From Fervidicoccaceae archaeon (GTDB lineage: Archaea; Thermoproteota; Thermoprotei_A; Sulfolobales; Fervidicoccaceae), in assembly GCA_038734945.1 (NCBI GenBank), contig JAVYOA010000004.1, positions 17,859 to 41,858 on the forward strand: a stretch of 24,000 nt of DNA. The letters run 5' to 3'. The stretch's first letter is position 1. Each line of letters begins with the position of its first letter. A program made the position numbers and the translations under genes. Of this stretch, positions 7,251 through 16,052 are shown in pieces. The notes beneath the pieces are model-generated. The model ran no database searches. It was not told where the DNA came from and saw only the letters and a list, made by a program, of their open reading frames with translations.

Positions 7251-8587
7251 TTCTTGAGCATGACCCTTTTTATTAAGTTGGTTTCTTCCTGCATAATTTC
7301 ATTCCAACTCCTTAATTTAGGCGGCTCGACCTCTACCCTTTTCGAGCTAATGGTATTCAGAGCCTCAGCAACTAACGCCTCTATGTCACCTTCCTTTACG
7401 AGCCTTACTCCAGAACATCCACCATAGTATAGTTTCAGTGCAGGTATATTGTATGCTACCACAGGCGTGCCCAAATAGAGTGACTCCAATATGGAGTAGG
7501 GGAATGAATCTACATGACTTGGATAGAGCATTAAATTAGCATTAGCCACGATTCTAAATCTTTCGGCCCTAGGAATATTCCCGGTTAGAACAATTCTATC
7601 TTCAAGTCCAAGCCTTCTCACAAACTTCTCCACTCGTACTCTTAGCCTATTGCCAATATACCCTGTTATAACGAGCTTTAGCAATGAATTCCTTCTACTA
7701 ATTTCTCTGAATGCATACAATGCTTCTACAAATCCTTTTAAGGCATCCACGCGCCCACCAAATACCATGTAGTTACCTTTTTCTCTAAAGTTCTCCTTTA
7801 TTTTCGACATCAGCTTTTCATCCTCTTCATTAAGCGAGACACCCGGATCCATGACGTAGAACCTGTCTAATGGTTTTCCACCCATCTCAATAAAAACAGC
7901 CTTACTTACTGCTATTAACACATCATAACTTTTGAGAAGTTCATTAGTTAATCTAGAGTGTGCCAACAGCAACTCCAGTCTTGTCCTTAGTTCCCTAACA
8001 AACTTACCTACATAACTGTCTCTATATAGTTCATTGAACCAGAGCCTAAAGGCATTTGTGATGGCCTCCCTCCTCCTCTTGTCGCTATAGAAGAGTGGAA
8101 GTTGAATCATTGCAAGAGAAGGGACATTAAACTCCTCCTTTAGTAGCTTACCTATACTTAGGAAGTTGCTTGGCTCGTTTAAGACAACGATCGCTTTAGG
8201 TCTTGCCTTTAACTTATCAATTCTCAGCAACATTCTTAAAACTTTAGGTGGGATGGCAATGTATGTAAAAGCAAGCCTACTATCGTTCAGGAACTTCAAT
8301 TTCGCTTCAACTGGATTAACATCTTGCACTCCTAAATCATTCTTTAATAGCTGTAGCTCATAGCTCGTAAACTTATACCTAGGCTGTATTACTAGATTGA
8401 CATAGAAGTGCTTGGTGTACTCCTTGATAGAACGTGTAGACCTTAAGACCCCCCCAGTTAGTACGACGTTTGGCAATCCTACGTCAGCTACTACTAGAAC
8501 ATTGCTTTTCTCCAATATCACCACCAACCACGATTCCCAAAGACCCCTATATATTTTTCCAATATCCCTTACAGCTTTAGGTGTCAT
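7247..8587 (-). CDS. Glycosyltransferase, GT4/GT-B family, with an atypical roughly 200-aa N-terminal region
   Basis: C-terminal GT-B signature: FGGRVDALKG, LVITG, LMLYPSHVDSFPYSILESLYLGTPVVAYN (E-x7-E-type motif). Its codon usage is AT-richer than in the flanking core genes. Confidence 0.8.
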   Translation of the reverse strand: MTPKAVRDIGKIYRGLWESWLVVILEKSNVLVVADVGLPNVVLTGGVLRSTRSIKEYTKHFYVNLVIQPRYKFTSYELQLLKNDLGVQDVNPVEAKLKFLNDSRLAFTYIAIPPKVLRMLLRIDKLKARPKAIVVLNEPSNFLSIGKLLKEEFNVPSLAMIQLPLFYSDKRRREAITNAFRLWFNELYRDSYVGKFVRELRTRLELLLAHSRLTNELLKSYDVLIAVSKAVFIEMGGKPLDRFYVMDPGVSLNEEDEKLMSKIKENFREKGNYMVFGGRVDALKGFVEALYAFREISRRNSLLKLVITGYIGNRLRVRVEKFVRRLGLEDRIVLTGNIPRAERFRIVANANLMLYPSHVDSFPYSILESLYLGTPVVAYNIPALKLYYGGCSGVRLVKEGDIEALVAEALNTISSKRVEVEPPKLRSWNEIMQEETNLIKRVMLKK

Positions 8588-9303
8588 CGCAATAATAAGC
8601 TTGTATTATGTTAACATAAAAAAGTGGGAATAAGAAGACGTTCACTCCCCCAGTATACAGCCTGTCGATTATAGTAACGAATCCACCTACATCTCTAGAC
8701 TCAACTAGCACACTTTACCAGTGCAGTACGGTAAAGCAACTGGGTTCCTATCCACCATCCAGAGTCCTGCTTATGAGCAGTCTGCTTACTGATCATCACA
8801 GCCGCGGACTTAGTCCAGTTTGTTCAGAGTTTTTTTATGTTGTGAATCAACAGAAAAAACTAAAGACTCTTCATCAATGAACTTCAATGACAATTACCTA
8901 TAAATTCTCTTGCTTTGGAGAATTACTTTCTTCTTTCAAAAAGAGAAAAGTTAGAACGCAAGCAGATTTTTGAATGTTCCTTGGTGCTTTAATATTTGAT
9001 GATAAGTTTGTGAGTAGTAGGTATGCTAGTGTTCAAACTTTCATTCCTGGGAGTGGTACTCTTCTCCATCCCAATGTTTCTGTAGTTTTCCCTGGAATGG
9101 TTCATCGAACTTCTTAGACCCCACAGTCAGCTGTAGGTCCAGAAAAACCTATGGTTAACGAAATATTCATAGATGCAGAGCTTATAATTGTTGGTGCATT
9201 CCCAGTCGTGCTAAGAGCTTCGAGCATCATAAAAAGACCTACATCACACTAAGATAGAGAAGCTCAAGGAAAGGCTGCATCTACATCAGCACTTATTTCT
9301 TTG

Positions 9304-9627
9304 TTATTTTGCAGTATTTGCTTTTGTTTCTATGGTTATTGTCCCAAAGCCGTTGGCTCTGCTTGCCCCTATCCCGTAGATCCTTGCTGTTTGCAGTGTT
9401 CTCTTGACTATCTCCTCGCACTTATTCTCGCTTGCTATAACAATGTATTTTGCTTTTGCTGTTAGTGCCGGCTCTCTGTTGTTGTCGTAGTTTATGAACA
9501 CAGTCCTCTGCTTAGTAGAGTAGTGCTCAGCTAGACAGGACTCGAGCTCTATTAAGGCTTGGAATATTTTTTGGGGTTCGAGGCTGAGAATCCCCTGGGT
9601 AATCATGTAAGGAACCCAGAAGAACAC
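9304..9627 (-). pseudogene. Cas6/RAMP-like C-terminal fragment (glycine-rich loop)
   Basis: The ORF ends ...ARIYGIGASRANGFGTITIETKANTAK. GIG-x5-GFG about 12 aa from the C-terminus fits the GhGxxxxxGhG loop of Cas6-type RAMPs. The upstream reading frame is broken (a second frame covers 9527-9769), and the ORF is too short for a full Cas6. Confidence 0.35.
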
Positions 9628-9768
9628 GCTTGGGCTTGTGGTAAACCTCCTGACATGCTGTGTTGGGGTTAGCGGGTTTGAAAGTAGCGCGCTTTCTCAC
9701 CAAAACTCTTATAAAACTCTGGTAAGAAAAGAAAAAGCAAGCAAAAAACACCCGAAAAACATCACACA

Positions 9769-9847
9769 AAATAACAAAGAACTAAAAGCCAGTGTGGAGA
9801 AGGCAGTTGATGAACCTAACGATTACGAAATAACAAAGAACTAAAAG
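9769..9847 (+). repeat. Two-copy direct repeat with a unique spacer (CRISPR-like remnant)
   Basis: AAATAACAAAGAACTAAAAG is identical at 9769-9788 and 9828-9847. Degenerate similarity extends 5' (ATCACAC / ATTACG), giving roughly 27-nt units. The intervening sequence is unrelated to the sequence before repeat 1. An A-rich leader-like tract lies at 9720-9766. Confidence 0.6.
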
Positions 9848-9851
9848 AAAA

Positions 9852-10964
9852 TCACATCAACATTTCTTCTAGAGCCCTGGCAAGATCCCCAGAAGCTATT
9901 CCTCTCTCAGTAATTATCGCGCTGATCAGCTCAGGAGGGGTTAAATCAAATGCAGGATTTAGAGCTCTGGCTCCCTCAGGAGCTATTCTCAGCTTTCCAA
10001 GAATGCTTGTGACCTCTTCCTCGGATCTGTACTCAATTTTCTCTCCCGATACTTCGCTTTTTCTATCTATCGTTGATGTAGGAGCTGCCACATAGAATGG
10101 AACTTTGTGGAAATTTGCGGAAATTGCTATCGTATATGTTCCTATCTTATTGATAACGTGGCCGCTCCTGAATATCCTATCTGCCCCAACTATTGCCTTA
10201 TTCGCAAGGCGATTTGCGAAGACATAGCCTACCATGCCATCTGTAATGAGCCTAAATGGTATCCCCTCTTTCTTCAGCTCCCATGCTGTAAGCCTTGCTC
10301 CCTGAAGGAGGGGCCTCGTCTCTGTTGCTATAACCGAGATCCTCTTTCCCTTTCTCCATGCAGTCTTTATTATTCCCAGGGCAGTTCCATGGCCTCCAGT
10401 TGCCAGGGAACCTGTATTGCAGTGGGTCAGAATAGCATCACCATCTTCTATGAGAGATTCCCCTATTTCCCCCATTTTCAGATTTCCCTCGATGTCCTCA
10501 ACCTGTATCTGAAGAGCCTCGCTAAGAAGAGCCTCTCTCAGCTCATCGGCAGATGCATTGGATAGCTCATCGATCTTTTTCCTCATTCTCTCAATGGCCC
10601 AGAAGAGATTAACAGCAGTTGGCCTAGTCCTGGAAAGCTTCTCAGCAGCTTCCAGTGAGGCCCTTTTAACATCATCTGCCCCACCCCTTGCATTGTATGC
10701 TGCCATGGCAATTCCGAGGGCAGCTGCAATTCCAATGGCTGGAGCTCCCCTGATCTCCAGGCTTCTTATTGCATTGGCTAGCTCATCTATCCTATTGCTC
10801 TCAACATATTCCTCCCTCCAAGGTATCTGCGCCACGTTCAGCCATACAACCTTTCCATCGTTCCATTGAACAGGAATTACATCTACCTTTCTCTTTAGCT
10901 CCTCCACTCTTTTTATCAGATCATCAAGCCTTCCCATGCCAAGATTCACCTCACAAAGCGACAT
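9852..10964 (-). CDS. mtnA: Methylthioribose-1-phosphate isomerase / aIF-2BI (eIF-2B alpha/beta/delta) family
   Basis: Family motifs: RGAPAIGIAAALGIAMAA, TRPTAVNLFWAIERM, LTHCNTGSLAT, ETRPLLQGARLTAWEL, VGADRI, NKIGTY, VPFYVAAP.STID. An alternative start lies at 10937. Confidence 0.9.
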   Translation of the reverse strand: MSLCEVNLGMGRLDDLIKRVEELKRKVDVIPVQWNDGKVVWLNVAQIPWREEYVESNRIDELANAIRSLEIRGAPAIGIAAALGIAMAAYNARGGADDVKRASLEAAEKLSRTRPTAVNLFWAIERMRKKIDELSNASADELREALLSEALQIQVEDIEGNLKMGEIGESLIEDGDAILTHCNTGSLATGGHGTALGIIKTAWRKGKRISVIATETRPLLQGARLTAWELKKEGIPFRLITDGMVGYVFANRLANKAIVGADRIFRSGHVINKIGTYTIAISANFHKVPFYVAAPTSTIDRKSEVSGEKIEYRSEEEVTSILGKLRIAPEGARALNPAFDLTPPELISAIITERGIASGDLARALEEMLM

Positions 10965-12019
10965 GAGCGTGTAAGTATATGCTTTATCCTTTCCAAATTA
11001 TAATTTTCCCTGAGCTTAATTATTACAATGTTCCCATGTCCCCCCACGTCCGAGGAAAAGCCCTCAGCAATGAGCTCATCAGCTATGAGCTTTGCTGCAT
11101 TGTTCCTCGTCCTTATCACAAGGATCTCTCCTCCCTTTATTGATGCAAGAAGAGCTACCGGGCACCTCAGCTTTCTCGACAGCCTTGTTGCAAGGCTCGA
11201 TACACCCCTTCTCTTCCACCTCTTTCTTGCATCAATGAATCTGAAGCATCCCAGCTTCTGTGCCCCTATCGAGAGATCCTCAACAGCCCTATCAAGCTCC
11301 TCATCCCTCTTCTTCGCCTCCTCATTCACTCTCTTCAGAACCTCCATATCGCTCTTGCTCATTGGTATTGGGATTGGGTTTGACATCCACTTTACCATCT
11401 TGTTCCAGAAGTTGCTGTCCTTCCCCAGCTTCAGTGCCCTAGCTATTGAGGCTACAAGCGAAACAACATTCATCATCTCATCTGCAGGCCTCCTCCCCAT
11501 CTCAATGTACCCTATTGACTTCGCAAAGACTTCCAGCCTCTCAGGAAGGGGCTTTCCAAGCTCATGTGCCAGCTCAACTAGAAGCAGGCTTGTTGGCTTG
11601 CTCCCTCCTATTCTGTGCTTTGAGAGGAGAGGCCTCAGCTCCCTCATGTGCTCCAGAGTGGAGAAGTGGTGATCTATGTACACAATTTCAGATGAGGGGC
11701 ACCTTTCCTTGAATGACTTAAGGGCCTCACTTATCTCTGGAATATATGCTATGTCGAGCAGTGCAACGTATGATGGACATCCGACAATTCCTTTCAGTAT
11801 CCTTTCCACATCCCTCGGTCCAGAGGGAATGAGATTCATGTTGACCTTTCTTCTAGCAGGAAATATTTCCGAGGACTGAAGATAGAGCAGTATTGCTGCG
11901 GAAACTGCTCCATCAGCATCCCAATCAGCTAGGACCAAGGCATCATCTTCTGTAAGCAGCATGATCACACTTCCTCTGAAATTTTCAGCCCTTATCCTCA
12001 AGCAGCTTTCCATTTGCAT
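10946..12019 (-). CDS. DHH/DHHA1-family phosphoesterase (RecJ/NrnA-like), paralog 1
   Basis: DHH motifs: DWDADG (motif I), LLDIA, YIDHH (motif III), and a C-terminal DVGGHGN DHHA1 motif. Confidence 0.8.
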   Translation of the reverse strand: MQMESCLRIRAENFRGSVIMLLTEDDALVLADWDADGAVSAAILLYLQSSEIFPARRKVNMNLIPSGPRDVERILKGIVGCPSYVALLDIAYIPEISEALKSFKERCPSSEIVYIDHHFSTLEHMRELRPLLSKHRIGGSKPTSLLLVELAHELGKPLPERLEVFAKSIGYIEMGRRPADEMMNVVSLVASIARALKLGKDSNFWNKMVKWMSNPIPIPMSKSDMEVLKRVNEEAKKRDEELDRAVEDLSIGAQKLGCFRFIDARKRWKRRGVSSLATRLSRKLRCPVALLASIKGGEILVIRTRNNAAKLIADELIAEGFSSDVGGHGNIVIIKLRENYNLERIKHILTRSCRFVR

Positions 12020-12116
12020 TTAAGAAAAAAGCTATAAAATAACTATTAATATTTTCGCATTCCTGCGGCGAATATTTTTATATTTTTTCTAAAAAATAAT
12101 AACTAAGGTGCCAGCA

Positions 12117-13319
12117 ATGGAAATTTATGATCTAGTAATAAGAAATGCAAGAACAAGGGAGAACCCTGGATCCCTCGTGGATATAGCTATAAGCGAGGGA
12201 AAGATTTCCGATATAAGGGAAAAAATTGAGGCGAGAGGAGAGAGGGAGATTGATGCAGAGGGAAAGCTGGTTTCTCCGCCCTTCATAGATCCCCATCTCC
12301 ACATGTGCAAGGTCTACACTTTCCTCATGATAGGGGAGGAGGCTGTCAAGCACTATCACGAAAGCAATATGGGAACTTCTGAGCTTGCAATACTTCTCGC
12401 CTCAAAGATTAAGGAAAAGTACAATGAGAGCTGGATATATGAGAATGCGAGGAAGGCTGCATTAGAAGCAATAGAGCACGGAACTCTCTTCATAAGGGCC
12501 TTTGTGGACACTGATACCAAGGCCAGGCTGGAGGGAATAAAGGCTCTGCTCAGAGTTAAAGAGGAGCTCAAGGACAAGATCACAATACAGGTGGTTGCTT
12601 TCCCGCAGGACGGAGTTGCAAGGGATCCAGGTGCTGAGGAGTACATAAGGAAGGCTGTTGAGCTTGGAGCAGATGTTGTGGGCGGCATACCATGGATAGA
12701 GCTCACATCAGAGGAGGAGGACTACCACATAGAGAAAATGTTCGAGATAGCCAAGGAGTTCAACAGAGATGTTGCCATGCTGACCGATGATACGGGAGAT
12801 CCAAATCTGAGAACGACTGAGAAGCTGGCAAAGAAGGCAATAAAGGAGAATTGGATAGGAAGGGTTACTGCAAATCATGCAAGGGCTGCCAGCATGTACA
12901 CTCTCCCATATCTAACAAAGCTTGCCCAGCTCCTTAAGAAGGCTGATATGAGCCTGGTCACAGATCCCCACACAGGCCCCCTTCACATTCCAGTGAAGTT
13001 CTTCCTCTCTCAGGGAGTGAATGTTGCTCTCGGTCAGGATGATATAGCTGATGCATACTATCCCTATGGAAACAACAACATGCTTGAAATAGCCTTCCTG
13101 AACTCCCACATTCTCTGGATGACAACTCTGAGAGACATGGAAACACTGTTCGACATGATAACCTACAATGCAGCGAAAGCAATGGGCATACGCAGCTATG
13201 GAATAAAGGTTGGAAACCCTGCTGATCTCCTTATTCTCAATGCCTCCTCAGTCTATGAAGCAATATGGAGGCACGAGAAGCCTCTCAGGATAATCAAGGG
13301 AGGCAAAATGCTCAAGTAG
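12117..13319 (+). CDS. Amidohydrolase, cytosine deaminase (CodA)-like subfamily
   Basis: PFIDPHLHMCK HxH metal motif. ALGQDDIADAYYPYGNNNMLE closely resembles the CodA GHDD...P.YPLG..NML block. AAGGTG precedes the ATG at 12117; the ORF is open from GTG 12108. Confidence 0.8.
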   Translation: MEIYDLVIRNARTRENPGSLVDIAISEGKISDIREKIEARGEREIDAEGKLVSPPFIDPHLHMCKVYTFLMIGEEAVKHYHESNMGTSELAILLASKIKEKYNESWIYENARKAALEAIEHGTLFIRAFVDTDTKARLEGIKALLRVKEELKDKITIQVVAFPQDGVARDPGAEEYIRKAVELGADVVGGIPWIELTSEEEDYHIEKMFEIAKEFNRDVAMLTDDTGDPNLRTTEKLAKKAIKENWIGRVTANHARAASMYTLPYLTKLAQLLKKADMSLVTDPHTGPLHIPVKFFLSQGVNVALGQDDIADAYYPYGNNNMLEIAFLNSHILWMTTLRDMETLFDMITYNAAKAMGIRSYGIKVGNPADLLILNASSVYEAIWRHEKPLRIIKGGKMLK

Positions 13320-13581
13320 TTTTTTCCGAATTCTTCCCCCTCTCCTCATATATTTTTGCAAAAAACTGATATCCGCTCACCAGAACTGCAAAAAGATTCA
13401 GGGCAGAGAAAACTAGATCTTTCTGAGCAAAAGCATATATGAAGAGCATCAGGCTTCCAAGCGAATAAAGGCCGCTGAGAGTTGCCGGAGGCTTGTTCTT
13501 TATCGATGAGACCCATCCCAAGGATATCAGGATCAAACCAATTAACCCTAAATAGCTTACTGCTGACATATTAGCCCCCAA
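13312..13581 (-). CDS. Small three-TM membrane protein (PQ-loop/SemiSWEET-like or LAB_N-like)
   Basis: 89-aa ORF with three hydrophobic segments. The function is a guess based on size and topology. Confidence 0.5.
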   Translation of the reverse strand: MGANMSAVSYLGLIGLILISLGWVSSIKNKPPATLSGLYSLGSLMLFIYAFAQKDLVFSALNLFAVLVSGYQFFAKIYEERGKNSEKTT

Positions 13582-13632
13582 GAACCTAGAAAAAATTGTT
13601 GATTATAAAATTAATTGTTGCGGTGCTCCTGA

Positions 13633-14682
13633 ATGCCAAAGTGCGACAGATGCAATGAGAGAGAGGCAGCATACTATCAGCACTTCACTGGCCTCAAGCT
13701 GTGCGGCAGGTGCCTGATAGAGGATGTGAAAAGCAGGGTGAAAAGAGAAATAGACAGGTTCTCCCTAATAAAGAGCAGCGACACAGTCCTCCTAGCTCTG
13801 AGCGGAGGAAAGGACAGCTTCGTCCTCCTCGATGCTCTTTCCAGCATCGTTGACAGCAGCAGGCTAATAGGATTCTCAATCGTTGAAGGAATTCCAAACT
13901 ACAACAGGGAAGAGTACATTGCTAGGCTGAAAAAATATGCTTCAGATAGAGGAGTCGATCTAGTTGTATCGAGCCTGAAGGAAATGTTCGGCTATTCTCT
14001 GCATGATATAGTGAGCAGGGCAAGGGCAGTGAGTCTTGAGATCTCCCCATGCACTTTCTGCGGGGCAATGAGGAGGAGGGGGATAAATTTAGCAGCGAGG
14101 ATGCTTGGTGCAAGCAAAACGGCCACAGCCCACAACCTCGACGATGAGGTTCAGACTCTCTTCATGAACATCCTGAGGGGGGATCCGGAGAGGCTTATAA
14201 GGCAGCACCCACTGGCACCAAGGCTTAGCAGCCTCCTTGTTCAGAGGATAAAGCCCCTCAGAAAAATCTATGAGAGGGAGGCAACAGCATATGCTTTTGA
14301 GCTCGGCTTCAAATTTCAGGAGACGGAATGCCCCTACATAACATTTCAGCCTACCCTCAGAGCAAGAATAAGGCATTGGCTTTACATGCTCGAGAGGGAG
14401 AGGCCTGGAGCAATGCTCTCCATTTTGGAGAAATTCGACTCGCTCCTCATAAGAAAAATAGCTGAGAGCAAATACAGCGATCTCCCAACTTGCAGAATAT
14501 GCGGGGAGCCTACAAGCATAGGAAGAACAATATGCAAGCTATGCGAGCTAATGCAGGCAATGGGGATTGAGAATGGCGAAAATGCTGTGCAATTGAAAGC
14601 GCAGCTTTCTAGAACTCGTAGAAGTAGTCAGGTATCTCAGCAATCCTCCTTCCAGCAACAACCTGATCTATCCCATGTATAG
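13633..14682 (+). CDS. tRNA 2-thiolation PP-loop ATPase, TtuA/NcsA (Ncs6/Ctu1) family
   Basis: SGGKDS PP-loop, N-terminal CxxC...CxxC and C-terminal CRICG...CKLC zinc fingers, and central CTFCGAMRRR plus ECPY Fe-S ligand contexts. Confidence 0.85.
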   Translation: MPKCDRCNEREAAYYQHFTGLKLCGRCLIEDVKSRVKREIDRFSLIKSSDTVLLALSGGKDSFVLLDALSSIVDSSRLIGFSIVEGIPNYNREEYIARLKKYASDRGVDLVVSSLKEMFGYSLHDIVSRARAVSLEISPCTFCGAMRRRGINLAARMLGASKTATAHNLDDEVQTLFMNILRGDPERLIRQHPLAPRLSSLLVQRIKPLRKIYEREATAYAFELGFKFQETECPYITFQPTLRARIRHWLYMLERERPGAMLSILEKFDSLLIRKIAESKYSDLPTCRICGEPTSIGRTICKLCELMQAMGIENGENAVQLKAQLSRTRRSSQVSQQSSFQQQPDLSHV

Positions 14683-14905
14683 CAACTCCAAACCTATCGA
14701 GAACGCTCTTCAGCTCTAGCATGTCTATGTTCTCCCCCTCAACTACTACGAGCAGGGTCTGGGTGCTCACATCGAATTCCTTCACTGTTATGTTCACTGA
14801 CTCAACTCCCTCTACCTTTTCAATGCTCAGAGCAAGCTCATCTATGCCCAGCCCCCTTATGGGCATCAGTATATCAAGAACAACCCTCCTTATTCCCAAG
14901 CTCAT
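14609..14905 (-). CDS. DUF211 (COG1888) family protein
   Basis: IRRVVLDILMP...VEGVESVNITV.E.D..T..L.V.VEG.NID....K..L...G..IH.ID.VVAG matches the conserved archaeal DUF211 pattern as remembered. Confidence 0.75.
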   Translation of the reverse strand: MSLGIRRVVLDILMPIRGLGIDELALSIEKVEGVESVNITVKEFDVSTQTLLVVVEGENIDMLELKSVLDRFGVAIHGIDQVVAGRRIAEIPDYFYEF

Positions 14906-14924
14906 GCACCTCCTAGCTAGGAAA

Positions 14925-15965
14925 TCACTCCTTCTCCCTGAACCTCTTCTCTATGAACTTAACCTCTCCGTCAGCATTCCATATAAGCCTTAGAACAAGA
15001 GACCTGGCATCCTTTGGAAGCTTAACTGAAATTGTTTTCCTTACCTCCTCTCCTTCCTTGAGCTCTCCAAGCAGCTCTCTGTGGACAACGCTTCCAAGCG
15101 ATAATGCAATGAGCGATGCTTTTTTCACAGGTGCGCTCCCAACATTCCTAACTATGCATTCCACTACAACTTCATCCTTAGCAGCTCTCTTTACATGGGC
15201 ATCAACATCCATCTCCCTCTCCTCCTCTGCTGAGGCCGCTATGCTGAAAGATGAGAGAACTGTGCATGCCTTTTTCCTCCCGAGGACATCCCTCATTCTC
15301 CTCAGTCCAATGCTCTTCATCCCGCTTCCAGCTAGGAAAAGCTCAATGTCCTCAGCCTGCCTGTTTAAATCAATCAATCTAGAAATCTTTCCATCAACTA
15401 GAACTTCGAGCGAGTGGGGAGGATCAACTGCATAGAGAAATGCCCCCATGGCAACTCTGCTGAACTCTCCTCCCATCGAAACATCTATTTTCTCTCCTTC
15501 ATGAAGAGAAGCACCGCCGCTCTTGTAAATTACTCTCTTCTCCTTCCCCTCCCCCACCAAAGTGAAGAGGGAAGCATGGGTTACAGTGAATGGGGCAGAT
15601 CCGGAATTTATTATAATTACCCTGCTCCTGCTCCTTGCATTTGCCCTCTTCAGAATTGGAAGGACATCTATCAATACTGTTGAGAACTTGAGATCCTTCA
15701 GATCCAATACGTAGTTTGGACGAAACTCCTTCACCAGGGAGACTCCATCCATCCAAATCCTCAGCCTAAGCTGCTCGGAGGAGCGGGAAGCTATTCCAAT
15801 ATCGAGCAGCCCGTTCTTCAGGAGATCCCTAGAAGAAACATCGAAGCTGATAGCTGCCTTGTTGTTATTGTAGAGACCCCCAACAGTTTTTCCGAGGGAG
15901 ACCATCATGTGCCTTACTCTTCCTTTCGTCCACATATCCAGCATAAAGGGAAGTTCCTGACTCAA
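14925..15965 (-). CDS. Hypothetical protein, beta-rich, with a CARDB/Ig-like C-terminal segment
   Basis: Uninterrupted 346-aa ORF with core-like codon usage and TATA-like TTTATATAACG upstream. No recognisable catalytic motif, signal peptide or TM segment. Confidence 0.6.
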   Translation of the reverse strand: MSQELPFMLDMWTKGRVRHMMVSLGKTVGGLYNNNKAAISFDVSSRDLLKNGLLDIGIASRSSEQLRLRIWMDGVSLVKEFRPNYVLDLKDLKFSTVLIDVLPILKRANARSRSRVIIINSGSAPFTVTHASLFTLVGEGKEKRVIYKSGGASLHEGEKIDVSMGGEFSRVAMGAFLYAVDPPHSLEVLVDGKISRLIDLNRQAEDIELFLAGSGMKSIGLRRMRDVLGRKKACTVLSSFSIAASAEEEREMDVDAHVKRAAKDEVVVECIVRNVGSAPVKKASLIALSLGSVVHRELLGELKEGEEVRKTISVKLPKDARSLVLRLIWNADGEVKFIEKRFREKE

Positions 15966-16052
15966 TCCTAAGCACCATTCTCTGAACTCTAAAACAATTT
16001 CTGTAATACGTTATATAAAGATACCTAGCAGATCTGTTGAAAACAGGAGCTC

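Larger units (their letters stand above)
5076..9851. other. AT-richer, gene-poor accessory island with gene decay, flanked by tRNA-Thr and mtnA
   Basis: Only one long intact ORF in about 4.8 kb, against near-continuous coding elsewhere. Many short broken ORFs with protein-like fragments in shifting frames. Visibly lower GC (by eye). It begins immediately 3' of a tRNA gene. Confidence 0.5.

Noticed and set aside
8824-8877. Minus-strand TTGATGA ... CTGA 54 nt apart in the island
   Set aside because: The C box lacks the 5' purine, the internal boxes are absent or mis-spaced (16-nt second guide), and a poly-A/T tract makes up much of the guide.
8588-9303. 716-nt ORF-free stretch examined for a CRISPR array, rRNA/tRNA or other structured RNA
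   Set aside because: No periodic repeats, no tRNA-like arms and no GC-rich helices. Only short broken reading frames, so it is treated as decayed DNA within the island.
9638-9844. 68-aa plus-strand ORF
   Set aside because: It is low-complexity and Lys/Asn-rich because it runs through the A-rich leader-like tract and both direct repeats. It has no start context.
5040-9851. Search for a duplicated tRNA-Thr 3' segment (att site) or an integrase gene to define an integrated element
   Set aside because: No second copy of GGGTTCGAGTCCCGCCGGCGGC and no integrase-like ORF was seen, so the region is reported only as an island and not as a bounded mobile element.
3230-15435. Long antisense or off-frame ORFs inside confirmed genes (e.g. 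3230-3670, 4163-4576, 10107-10565, 11028-11672, 12356-12706, 14953-15435)
   Set aside because: These are shadow ORFs opposite strongly supported CDSs. Their Ser/Leu/Pro-rich low-complexity translations carry no motifs.
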